From NCBI GenBank assembly GCA_012515515.1, contig JAAYYE010000010.1:18258-82257 (forward strand): a stretch of 64,000 bases of DNA, read 5' to 3'. The translations under genes were made by a program, and so were the position numbers. The DNA is from Minisyncoccota bacterium (GTDB lineage Bacteria; Patescibacteriota; Microgenomatia; UBA1400; PJMF01). Numbering within the stretch: the stretch's first letter is position 1; each line of letters opens with the position of its first letter. The notes beneath the pieces are model-generated. The model made no database searches, was not told the DNA's origin, and saw nothing but the letters and a program-made list of their open reading frames with translations. Of the stretch, positions 28,191 through 37,583 are shown piece by piece.

Positions 28191-29803
28191 TTATTAGTTG
28201 CTTTGATAATTTTCTGTGTTTCTTCTATTAGTGAAGGTTTGGTGTTGAGTGCTGGATTTTCCATGACTTCTTCTAAAAGCTGATTTAGAATTTGGCCAAT
28301 GAGTGGACCAGGCTTTAATTGAAATTCATCCATAATCACCTGGCCATTAATGGCCAAATCACTTAAATCCATGGGCTGATTGAGTTGTTCAATAATTCTT
28401 TTTTTAAATTCTTCTAAACGCCAACTAGTTTTTTTGGCTCCACTACCTAAACGATCGCCCTCTCTCAAATCAAGAATATCATCAATATTTTCTAAAGAAA
28501 CTTTTTTAATAAAGCGTCTGATTGAGGCGTCGCTGTGGTCAGTTTGATAATAAAACATATGATATCTAACCAAAATAAATATTCTTTGCACGTCTTTTTT
28601 TGAAAGTCTTAGTCTTTTGGCAATTTTACTTGCTATTCTTGCACCCAAGACCTCATGATTATAAAAAGAAATTTCTTGATCTTTTTTTTCATAAGTATCT
28701 GGTTTGCCAATATCATGAATTAGGGTAGCTAAGCGAACCACTGGATCCTTGCTAGGACAAGTAGCTAAAGCATCAAGACTATGGGTCCACACATCGGTCT
28801 TATGATGTCCCGATTGATCCATGTTTTTACCCATTTTTAACTCTGGAATAATGTGATTTAACAAGCCACCTTCGTCTAAAAGCTTGACGCCTCTAGCTGG
28901 ATCGGGGGAAGCTAAGATTTTCATCATTTCCCCACCAACTCTTTCAGCGCTAATAAAGGACAAGGAATCATGATTGTTTTGAATAGACAAAAATGTTTCT
29001 TTTTCCAGTTCCATGTTTAGTTGCACTGCCAGTCGGATGGCCCTCAGCATTCTTAAAGCATCTTCAGCAAAGCGTTCATTGGGATTGCCCACTGTTCTGA
29101 TTAAACCAGCTTTTAAATCTTGAAAGCCTTGGAACTCATCTATTAGTTGCCAATCATTGCTTTGGAGTTGATAATTTTCTAGAATAGATTGTTTTTCAAA
29201 AATATGTTTTAAACTTTGTTTGTCTATGGCGATTGCCATAGCGTTAACTGTAAAATCACGTCGACTTAAATCATCAGTAATGGTTTTGCCCCAAGCAACT
29301 GATTCTGGTCGGCGATGGTCTGCATAATTGCCATCGCTACGAAAAGTAGTGATCTCAAATGGCGGCAAATAAACTTTAGGAGCATTCTGTTCAATTATTT
29401 TTTTCGAATCAAGAACCTTATCTTTCAATGAATAATGGATTTTTTTAGCTGTTTTAAGATTAATTATTTTTTCTTTTTGATTTATTTTATAGAGAGCTGT
29501 TTCGTGATCCAGCAATCTTTGATAAATATTTTTTTTGGGTAAACCCCAATTTTGTTTAATTAATTGCTGTAATAAATTCTCATGAGTAATGCTTACTGTG
29601 CCGAATTGATTTTCATAAAAACTTTCAGGGAAAACCTGCTGAATTTCTTGAGGATTGGCATTGGTGGTAAAATCAAAATCATTAATTAACTCTTGTTTAA
29701 GCATTAAATCGCGAACAGCTCCGCCAACTAAATAGGCTTCAAAACCAGCCTCTTGAAGAGCATAAATAATGTAAAGCGATTCAAATGGTAAATTTAATTG
29801 CAT
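28187..29803 (-). CDS. cca: CCA tRNA nucleotidyltransferase with HD domain
   Basis: LVGGAVRD, DFDFTT, EITTFR, DL.RRDFTVNAMA, RFAEDALRMLRA, HDIGKP. Confidence 0.93.
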   Translation of the reverse strand: MQLNLPFESLYIIYALQEAGFEAYLVGGAVRDLMLKQELINDFDFTTNANPQEIQQVFPESFYENQFGTVSITHENLLQQLIKQNWGLPKKNIYQRLLDHETALYKINQKEKIINLKTAKKIHYSLKDKVLDSKKIIEQNAPKVYLPPFEITTFRSDGNYADHRRPESVAWGKTITDDLSRRDFTVNAMAIAIDKQSLKHIFEKQSILENYQLQSNDWQLIDEFQGFQDLKAGLIRTVGNPNERFAEDALRMLRAIRLAVQLNMELEKETFLSIQNNHDSLSFISAERVGGEMMKILASPDPARGVKLLDEGGLLNHIIPELKMGKNMDQSGHHKTDVWTHSLDALATCPSKDPVVRLATLIHDIGKPDTYEKKDQEISFYNHEVLGARIASKIAKRLRLSKKDVQRIFILVRYHMFYYQTDHSDASIRRFIKKVSLENIDDILDLREGDRLGSGAKKTSWRLEEFKKRIIEQLNQPMDLSDLAINGQVIMDEFQLKPGPLIGQILNQLLEEVMENPALNTKPSLIEETQKIIKATNN

Positions 29804-29823
29804 GAGGTTATTATAAAAGAACT
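29804..29823. promoter_or_regulatory. Overlapping divergent -10 elements (bidirectional promoter)
   Basis: 20-nt spacer between divergent ATGs. Minus-strand TATAAT at 29815-29810; plus-strand TATTAT at 29809-29814 or TATAAA at 29812-29817. Confidence 0.6.
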
Positions 29824-31512
29824 ATGAAGAAATGGCAGTTGCAATCTAAAACAGTGGTGACAGACAAGAATCAACTGCTGGCGGTCTTGTTAAAAAATCG
29901 CCACATTACTGAGCAAAAAAGCTCTGCTTTTTTTCAAGCTCCGCATCCCAAAACCTGGCAATTAAGTCAATTGGGTTTTAGTCAGAGGGCTTTTAATAAA
30001 ATTAAAAAACGATTGCTACTGGCTAAAAAAAATCAAGAAAAAGTCTATATTTTTGGAGATTATGATAGTGATGGAATTTGTGCAAGTGTTGTGCTATGGG
30101 AAGGTTTGAAGTTTTTTGGAATTACTAGTTTGCCTTTTATCCCTAATCGTCAAGAGCACGGTTATGGTTTGTCGATCAAAGCTTTAAAAGATTTATTTGC
30201 CAGTAAAGGTAAAGCAGATTTACTCATTACTGTTGATAATGGGATTGTCGCCTTACCTGCCTTAGAATATTTGGCTAATGAGGGGGTTGAAGTGATAGTA
30301 ACTGATCATCATCAGGCTGATAAGCAAAAATTACCCGTTTTAGCCAGTTTTCACTCTACCAAAATGTGTGGGGCAGCAGTGGCTTGGTTTTTACTTAATG
30401 AATTATTTAAAAGTCATCAAGACCAAAAGCAGGCTGATAATTTTTTAAATGAATTATTGTCTTTGGTAGCTATTGCCACAGTCACTGATTTAATGCCACT
30501 GCAAGATCTTAATCGCAGCTTAGTTGTTCATGGTTTATTAGCTTTACAGAAAACTGATCGCCCTGGTTTATTAGCTCTTTATCAATTAGCTGGAATTAAT
30601 AAAGCTGAAATAAGTAGTTATCACTTGGGATATGTCATTGGTCCAAGGATTAATGCTATGGGACGATTGGCAGATAGTATGGATGCAGTGCGTTTGCTAT
30701 GCACAAACAATGACAAACGAGCAAAACAATTAGCCCATCTTCTACAAGACACCAATGTTGAAAGACAAGACTTAACCAATGACTTAATTCTTCAAGCAGA
30801 AGCCTCGCTTAGCGAAAAAGCAAAAAAAGCATCACTGATTATTGTTGATGGTGAGTATCATGAGGGAATAATAGGTTTATTAGCGGGTAAACTATCGGAA
30901 AAATTTCTAAAACCTTGTGTTGTTATATCTGTGCCCGCCAATGCCAGCGATAAAAAGTTGGTGATTAAAGCCTCAGCAAGATCACTGCCTGGTTTCAACA
31001 TTACTGATTTTTTAAGACAAGTAGAAAATGACTTATTGAGTGTTGGTGGGCACCCTTTAGCAGCTGGTTTTTCTTTAAATTTAGAGAAATTAGAGTCAGT
31101 TAAAAAAAAGCTTTTAACCCTGGCAAAAAAACAACTTAGCAATATTTCACTTAAACCGCAAATTCGCGTAGATTGTCCAATCTCAAGCAAATTGCTCAAC
31201 TTAGACTGCGCTTTGGCATTAGAAGCTTTTGAACCTTATGGCAATACTAATCCTCGACCAGTTTTTTTATTAGAAAATTTATTGTTAAATAATTTTAAGA
31301 ATTTGGGCAAAGATAATAAGCATGCAAAATTATTTTTTTCCACTCCTGAAAGTAAACAAGAAATTGTTGTTTTAGCTTGGAGATTTCAAGAGCAAGACCT
31401 TCAATTTACTATTGGTCAAAAATTCGATCTACTAGTTACTCTTGCCATCAATTCTTGGAAAAACAACAAACAACTACAAATAAATCTACTAGATATTAGA
31501 GAAAAAAACTAA
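29824..31512 (+). CDS. recJ: Single-stranded DNA exonuclease RecJ
   Basis: GDYDSDG, HGYGL, ITVDNG, TDHH, GPRINAMGRL, SARS, GGH..AAGF, EPYG..NP.P. Confidence 0.96.
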   Translation: MKKWQLQSKTVVTDKNQLLAVLLKNRHITEQKSSAFFQAPHPKTWQLSQLGFSQRAFNKIKKRLLLAKKNQEKVYIFGDYDSDGICASVVLWEGLKFFGITSLPFIPNRQEHGYGLSIKALKDLFASKGKADLLITVDNGIVALPALEYLANEGVEVIVTDHHQADKQKLPVLASFHSTKMCGAAVAWFLLNELFKSHQDQKQADNFLNELLSLVAIATVTDLMPLQDLNRSLVVHGLLALQKTDRPGLLALYQLAGINKAEISSYHLGYVIGPRINAMGRLADSMDAVRLLCTNNDKRAKQLAHLLQDTNVERQDLTNDLILQAEASLSEKAKKASLIIVDGEYHEGIIGLLAGKLSEKFLKPCVVISVPANASDKKLVIKASARSLPGFNITDFLRQVENDLLSVGGHPLAAGFSLNLEKLESVKKKLLTLAKKQLSNISLKPQIRVDCPISSKLLNLDCALALEAFEPYGNTNPRPVFLLENLLLNNFKNLGKDNKHAKLFFSTPESKQEIVVLAWRFQEQDLQFTIGQKFDLLVTLAINSWKNNKQLQINLLDIREKN

Positions 31513-31518
31513 TTTTTT

Positions 31519-32301
31519 TTACAAATGTTTTGCTAAAGTTGCTTCAACTTCTTCAATTGGCAGTGCTCCTTGAATAAACTCTCTGCCAGCTTTTTTACTG
31601 ATAATTACTGTGGCAGGCGTACCGCCAATTCCAGCGCTTTGAGCTCCAGCCATCATTTCGCTAACGATGCTTGCAGTTTCTTGTTTTTCTAAACAAGCTT
31701 GAACTTGATCTGCAGAGGCACCACTGCTAGTAGCAATACTTAAAATACTGCTGTCACTGATTATTGAGTCACCGTTTTCAAGTATGTAAATTGATTTATC
31801 AGTCAGTTTGTCATAGAGAACATCAGTAAATTTCCAGAATGCATCTTCGCCAGCATCTTTTGCTACACATTCACTGGCTTGGATTAATTTATCAGAATAA
31901 ATAGAACCTAAAGAAAAGTGACGGTAAACGAAAGTAATTTGATCAGCATATTTTTCAACTAAGGCGTTAAGAGTCGGATGCCAGCGCTGACAATAGAAAC
32001 ACTGAAAATCAGAATAAGAAATCATCACCACATCAGCATCTTTTACACCTTGAAAATGATCTTTATCGTTAAATTCTGGGATATTTTCTAAAGCAAGAGC
32101 TTCAACACCTTCGTCACTGTCACTTGGGTTATCAGCTTGCTCAATTGTTTTATCAGATTTCAACAATTGATTCTCAGTCCAGAGAGATCCACCCAAAAAA
32201 CCAAGTACTAAAACAATCAAGATAATAACTATTAATGAGAAATGTTCGTTGAGGAAATTAAGGAAATTATTAAAAGAGAATTTGTTTTCTGATTTTGCCA
32301 T
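31519..32301 (-). CDS. Membrane-anchored DsbA-family thioredoxin
   Basis: YSDFQCFYC, VYRHF, GIGGTP; N-terminal TM. Confidence 0.9.
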   Translation of the reverse strand: MAKSENKFSFNNFLNFLNEHFSLIVIILIVLVLGFLGGSLWTENQLLKSDKTIEQADNPSDSDEGVEALALENIPEFNDKDHFQGVKDADVVMISYSDFQCFYCQRWHPTLNALVEKYADQITFVYRHFSLGSIYSDKLIQASECVAKDAGEDAFWKFTDVLYDKLTDKSIYILENGDSIISDSSILSIATSSGASADQVQACLEKQETASIVSEMMAGAQSAGIGGTPATVIISKKAGREFIQGALPIEEVEATLAKHL

Positions 32302-32372
32302 TTGCGCTTTCTATTTCTATAATAGCAATTATTCTAACACACATAAAATCAAAAGAGCATTAAGTAATATTT

Positions 32373-33179
32373 ATGAGTAATTATTCCTCTACTAGTAAAA
32401 AAGTGTCTATTTATGAGCAACAACAAGTGCTGAAATATGGCTTAAATCTAGATGATTTTATTAAAAAAAGTGAGATGCCGGTTGAGTATTTTACTGGCAA
32501 GGTAGACTTTGCTGGCTTAACTTTAGCAGTCAATAAGCAGGTCTTAATACCCAGAATTGAAACCGAGGAGTTAGTTGATAGGGCTTTGCTAATTTTAAAG
32601 AGTCGGGAAAAGCGAGTAGTTAAAATCATTGATTTAGCTACTGGCAGTGGAGCTATTGCTCTAGCTTTGATTAAGCAACTGAGTTTAAATAACTATTTTA
32701 AACGAAGATGGGAATTTTATTTAATCGATGTTTCTCAGCAAGCAATTGAGCTAGCCAAGAACAATTATCAAGATTTAATTGCTCAATTAAACTGCTCAGA
32801 GCAAATTAAGGCGACATTTATTGTTAGTAATTTGTTTGAAGAGCTAGATAAAAACTTGCAATGTGATTTGCTGCTGGCTAATTTGCCATATATCCCCAGC
32901 GCAAAAATACAAAACCTACCAGCTAGTGTCAAAAAATATGAACCAGTCATTGCTCTTGATGGAGGAATAACTGGTTTTGAATTAATAGCAAAAACCCTCG
33001 AACAAGTTGCTTCGAGTAATTTATTGGCCAAGGATGCAATATTATTGTTTGAAACAGACAGTAATCATGATAGGCAATTTGTCAATAAAAATTTCCCGAC
33101 TCTTTTGCAAAAATTCGAATTCCAATTTATTAAAGACCAATTTTCCAGACAAAGATTTATCCAAGCAGGGGAACTTTAA
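32373..33179 (+). CDS. prmC: Release factor glutamine methyltransferase (HemK/PrmC)
   Basis: P.EY..G, VLIPRIETEEL, DLATGSGAI, ANLPYI, EP..ALDGG. Confidence 0.9.
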   Translation: MSNYSSTSKKVSIYEQQQVLKYGLNLDDFIKKSEMPVEYFTGKVDFAGLTLAVNKQVLIPRIETEELVDRALLILKSREKRVVKIIDLATGSGAIALALIKQLSLNNYFKRRWEFYLIDVSQQAIELAKNNYQDLIAQLNCSEQIKATFIVSNLFEELDKNLQCDLLLANLPYIPSAKIQNLPASVKKYEPVIALDGGITGFELIAKTLEQVASSNLLAKDAILLFETDSNHDRQFVNKNFPTLLQKFEFQFIKDQFSRQRFIQAGEL

Positions 33180-33243
33180 TCTTGCAGTTATAATAGATAC
33201 AGGTTAAAATTGCATTTATTCAAATTAAACAATTTAGGATATT

Positions 33244-34503
33244 GTGATGACAAATTTTTTTAAGAAAGTGGCGCGCTACTCCCTGTTGATTTTATTGCCA
33301 GTTCTATTTTTAATTGTTTCTATTAAATCACCGGTGCAGGCTAGCGGTGAAGCAAATATCCACTTCTTTTCTTCACAATATTGTCCTCATTGTCGCCAAG
33401 CTGAAAATTTTTTACGTGAATTAAAAACTGAACAACCATCATTACTCATTTATAAATACGAAGTTTCTCATCAACAAAATTCTCAACTACTAACTACGCT
33501 TGCCAGTCGTTTAGCTGTGAGTGGGCAAGGAGTGCCTTTTATTTTGATTAATAAGCAAAGCATTATTGGTTTTTCTGAGGGCACGGCTAGCGAGATTTAT
33601 TCTTTGTTAAATTCAGAAGAAATTGAGGAAGATTTTGTGGCAGAAATAATTAAAGAGAATCGTTTAACTCCTATTATTGAAGAAATTACTGTGACAGAAG
33701 CCGATCCAACAGAGTCGGAGGAAGATCAAGCCCCAACAAATGAAGATCAACAGGTTCAGGAAATTGAGTTACCTGTATTTGGTCGAGTTAACCCTCATAA
33801 TATATCTTTACCCATAGTTACTATAATGATCGGTCTTGTCGATGGTTTTAATCCTTGTGCCATGTGGGTATTAATTTTCTTAATTTCTTTGCTCCTGGGC
33901 ATGAAAGATCGACGCAGGATGTGGGCTCTAGGCTTAGTTTTTATTTTAACTTCAGGCTTTGTTTATTTTTTATTTATGAGCGCTTGGCTTAATTTCTTTT
34001 TGTTTTTGGGTCTGGTTAATTGGGTTAGAATTGCCATTGCGCTATTAGCTATTATCGTTGCCATTAATTATTTAAGAGATTTTATAAAAAATAAAGATGC
34101 TGCCTGTCAAGTCGATTTGGGGGGAAATAAGAAAAAAATCTTTACTAGTTTAAAAGAAATAGTTTATCGAAAAAATATTATTTGGTCTTTGCTTGGCATT
34201 ATCTTATTAGCTTTTAGCGTCAATCTCTTAGAACTAGTTTGTTCTGCTGGCTTACCAGCAGTTTATACCAAGTTGTTGAGCATGCATAACTTGACGAAAT
34301 TCGAGCATTATTCCTATCTATTGCTCTATATTCTAGTATTCATGTTAGATGATGTCTTAGTGTTTGTTATCACCATGATTAGCATGAAGCGGGTGACTTT
34401 AAGCACAAAATATGCCCATTATGCCCACCTAGTAGGAGGTATTATGATGCTAATTATTGGTTTATTAATGCTTTTTAAACCAGAATGGATTATGTTTGCT
34501 TAA
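33244..34503 (+). CDS. Glutaredoxin-like domain fused to a DsbD/CcdA-like membrane domain
   Basis: Signal peptide, CPHC and GVP; membrane domain with DGFNPCAMWVL and ELVCSAGLP. Confidence 0.8.
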   Translation: MMTNFFKKVARYSLLILLPVLFLIVSIKSPVQASGEANIHFFSSQYCPHCRQAENFLRELKTEQPSLLIYKYEVSHQQNSQLLTTLASRLAVSGQGVPFILINKQSIIGFSEGTASEIYSLLNSEEIEEDFVAEIIKENRLTPIIEEITVTEADPTESEEDQAPTNEDQQVQEIELPVFGRVNPHNISLPIVTIMIGLVDGFNPCAMWVLIFLISLLLGMKDRRRMWALGLVFILTSGFVYFLFMSAWLNFFLFLGLVNWVRIAIALLAIIVAINYLRDFIKNKDAACQVDLGGNKKKIFTSLKEIVYRKNIIWSLLGIILLAFSVNLLELVCSAGLPAVYTKLLSMHNLTKFEHYSYLLLYILVFMLDDVLVFVITMISMKRVTLSTKYAHYAHLVGGIMMLIIGLLMLFKPEWIMFA

Positions 34504-34590
34504 TGAGTTGTCTCTTTATAGACAGTGATTTATGATATTAAAAAAAATTACAATTATTATTAATAGAAAATTAATATAAAAAAAGGAAGT

Positions 34591-36813
34591 ATGACTAAAA
34601 AATTTAAAGATGGTGTTTGGCAAAAAGAAATTAATACTAGAGATTTTATTTTGCAAAATATGACTCCATACGAAGGAGATGCGAGTTTTCTAGTGGGTCC
34701 AGCTGAAACAACTAAAAAACTTTGGCAAAAAGCCAGTCAGCTTTTAAATGAAGAATTGGCAAAAGGAGGCATCTTAGACATTGATACAGAAACTATTCCA
34801 ACGATCACTAGTCATAAGCCCGGATATTTAGATAAAAAATTGGAAAAAATCGTTGGTTATCAAACTGACCAACCTCTTAAAAGAGCCATTAAGCCTTTTG
34901 GCGGAATTAGGGTAGTAGAAGCAGCGGCTGAAGAAAATAACTACAAAGTGTCTGAAGAAGTAGTCAAAATTTTCGATGAATATCGTAAAAGTCATAATGA
35001 TGGCGTTTTTGATGCTTATACAGATGAGATGAAGCTTTTGCGTTCAACTGGAATTTTAACTGGTTTACCAGACAATTATGCTCGTGGCAGAATTGTTGGA
35101 GATTATCGTCGAGTGGCTTTGTATGGAATAGATCGACTGATTGAGGCTAAGAAACAAGACAAACAAGCTTTAGTAGGAGTAATGACAGACGAATTAATTC
35201 GCCTGCGAGAAGAGGTGAGTGAGCAAATTAAAGCCCTCACAGCGATGAAAGTTATGGCTAAGAGCTATGGCTATGATATTTCTAAACCAGCTGAAAGTGC
35301 ACAAGAGGCAATTCAGTGGACTTGGTTTGCTTTTTTAGCCGCACTTAAAGAACAAGATGGCGCAGCCATGAGTTTGGGTAATGTGAGTAGCTTCTTTGAT
35401 ATTTATATTGAGCGTGACTTAAAGGCTGGCAAAATCACTGAGCTTGAGGCTCAGGAATTAGTAGATCATTTTATTATTCAGTGTCGATTAATTAGGCATT
35501 TACGAATGGATGCCTATAATCAGCTCTTTGCTGGCGATCCCACTTGGATTACTGAGTGTTTAGGAGGATTTTTTAGTAATGGTCAACATAAAATCACTAA
35601 AACCAGTTTTAGATTCTTACAGAGCTTGTATAATCTGGGGCCAGCTCCTGAGCCAAATTTAACAGTCTTATGGTCAGAGAAATTGCCAAAGGGCTGGAAG
35701 GATTTTTGTGCTCGAGTCTCAATTGATACTTCTTCAATTCAATACGAAAACGACGATTTAATGAGAGATAAAGGTCAATGTGATGATTATTGTATTGCTT
35801 GTTGTGTGTCGATGATGGAAACCGGTAAAGAAATGCAGTTTTTTGGCGCACGCTGTAATCTTGCTAAAGCAATGTTGATGGCCCTTAACGAAGGTCGAGA
35901 TGAAAAAAGCGGTGAGCTAGTAGTGCCAGGCATCGAGCCTTTGCCAGCTGGACCAATAGATTATCAAGAATTTAGAGACCGTTTTGAAAAAACCATTACC
36001 TATTTAGCTAGTTCATATGTCAATACGATGAATGTAATCCATTATATGCATGACAAATATTATTATGAAAAAGCTCAATTAGCTTTAATGGACACTCATT
36101 GTCATCGTAATATGGCTTTTGGTATTGCTGGTTTAAGTGTGGTAGCTGATTCACTATCAGCTATGAAATTCGCCAAAGTGACTCCTGTTAGAGATAAAAA
36201 TGGACTCACCACTGATTTTAAGGTTGAGGGTGAATATCCAATGTATGGTAATGATGATGACCGAGTCGATGACATTGCAGTTGAGTTAGTCAAGCGCTTT
36301 AGTGCTGAATTAGCCAAAAATCATATTTATCGCAATGCAACAGCCACTTTGTCAGTTTTAACTATCACTTCTAACGTGGTTTATGGTTCTAAAACAGGCG
36401 CTACTCCAGATGGTCGCAAAGCTGGAGAGGCATTTGCCCCCGGTGCCAACCCCATGCATGGTCGAGATCACTCTGGAGCGATTGCTTCCTTAAACAGTGT
36501 GGCAAAAATTGATTATGCCGACGCAAGAGATGGTATATCTAATACTTTTTCAATTGTGCCTAAAGCCCTAGGTAGTGAACAGAAACAACAGGTTAATAAC
36601 TTAGTTGGTATGTTAGATGGTTATTTTAATCAAGATGCTCACCACCTAAATGTTAATGTTTTAAACCAAGAAACTCTAGAAGACGCCATGGAGCATCCAG
36701 AAAATTATCCACAGTTAACTATTCGAGTTTCTGGTTATGCGGTGAATTTTATTAAATTATCTCGGGCTCTCCAAGAAGAGGTGATAGCACGGACCTTTCA
36801 TAAAACAATGTAG
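34591..36813 (+). CDS. pflB: Pyruvate formate-lyase
   Basis: [23 protein letters not shown] Cys-Cys pair, [16 protein letters not shown] glycyl-radical motif. Confidence 0.97.
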   Translation: MTKKFKDGVWQKEINTRDFILQNMTPYEGDASFLVGPAETTKKLWQKASQLLNEELAKGGILDIDTETIPTITSHKPGYLDKKLEKIVGYQTDQPLKRAIKPFGGIRVVEAAAEENNYKVSEEVVKIFDEYRKSHNDGVFDAYTDEMKLLRSTGILTGLPDNYARGRIVGDYRRVALYGIDRLIEAKKQDKQALVGVMTDELIRLREEVSEQIKALTAMKVMAKSYGYDISKPAESAQEAIQWTWFAFLAALKEQDGAAMSLGNVSSFFDIYIERDLKAGKITELEAQELVDHFIIQCRLIRHLRMDAYNQLFAGDPTWITECLGGFFSNGQHKITKTSFRFLQSLYNLGPAPEPNLTVLWSEKLPKGWKDFCARVSIDTSSIQYENDDLMRDKGQCDDYCIACCVSMMETGKEMQFFGARCNLAKAMLMALNEGRDEKSGELVVPGIEPLPAGPIDYQEFRDRFEKTITYLASSYVNTMNVIHYMHDKYYYEKAQLALMDTHCHRNMAFGIAGLSVVADSLSAMKFAKVTPVRDKNGLTTDFKVEGEYPMYGNDDDRVDDIAVELVKRFSAELAKNHIYRNATATLSVLTITSNVVYGSKTGATPDGRKAGEAFAPGANPMHGRDHSGAIASLNSVAKIDYADARDGISNTFSIVPKALGSEQKQQVNNLVGMLDGYFNQDAHHLNVNVLNQETLEDAMEHPENYPQLTIRVSGYAVNFIKLSRALQEEVIARTFHKTM

Positions 36814-36814
36814 C

Positions 36815-37567
36815 ATGGCCAAAACTCTTAGAATTCATTCATTTGAAACGTTTGGGGTTCATGATGGACCAGGTATTCGCCTAGTAGTTTTTGCCCAAGG
36901 TTGTCCTTTTCGTTGTCTCTATTGTCATAATCCCGACACTCAAGACTTGGAAACCAATAAAACCATACTCAAGACTGTTGATGAAATCATTGAACTCTTA
37001 GAAAGAGAAAAACCCTATTTTGGTAAAAGTGGTACTGGCGGTGGACTGACTATTTCTGGAGGTGAACCAACTCTACAAGCCAAGGCAGTGACTGCTATTT
37101 TTAAAAAAGCGCAAGAAAAGGGTTTTCACACTTGTCTGGATACTTGTGGGGCAATTGTTAACAAAGATGTGGAAGAGTTATATCGTTACACCGATCTATT
37201 ATTGTTGGATGTTAAACACATTAATAATGATTGGCATCGGAAATTAGTTGGTCAAAGCAATGACAATGTTTTAAAAAATGCTAAAATTAGAGAAAAAAGT
37301 GGCCGAGAAATGTGGTTGCGCTATGTGCTAGTGCCAGGATGGACTAATCAAAAAGAATATATGCTGGCTTGGGCCAAATATTTCGCTCATTTTAAAACCG
37401 TGAGTAGGGTTGAGATTTTACCTTATCACGAACTTGGCAAACACAAATATCAAGAATTAGGCAGAAAATATCTCTTAGAAGAGATAAAGCCACCCAGTCA
37501 AGCAGAAATTAATCAAGCAAAAGAAATTTTTACAGAGTATTTTGGAGAGAAAGTTTTAGTACACTAA
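36815..37567 (+). CDS. pflA: PFL-activating radical SAM enzyme
   Basis: DGPGIR, GCPFRCLYCHNPDT, SGGEP, EILPYHELG. Confidence 0.96.
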   Translation: MAKTLRIHSFETFGVHDGPGIRLVVFAQGCPFRCLYCHNPDTQDLETNKTILKTVDEIIELLEREKPYFGKSGTGGGLTISGGEPTLQAKAVTAIFKKAQEKGFHTCLDTCGAIVNKDVEELYRYTDLLLLDVKHINNDWHRKLVGQSNDNVLKNAKIREKSGREMWLRYVLVPGWTNQKEYMLAWAKYFAHFKTVSRVEILPYHELGKHKYQELGRKYLLEEIKPPSQAEINQAKEIFTEYFGEKVLVH

Positions 37568-37583
37568 AAAATAGAAAGACTTT

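Noticed and set aside
29363-29587. Possible intein in the CCA enzyme
   Set aside because: No Cys/Ser start with a His-Asn end, and too short; kept as a plain insertion.
32373-32480. prmC as a pseudogene because of its short N-terminal domain
   Set aside because: The catalytic and SAM-binding motifs are intact and the frame is unbroken, so a streamlined enzyme is more likely.
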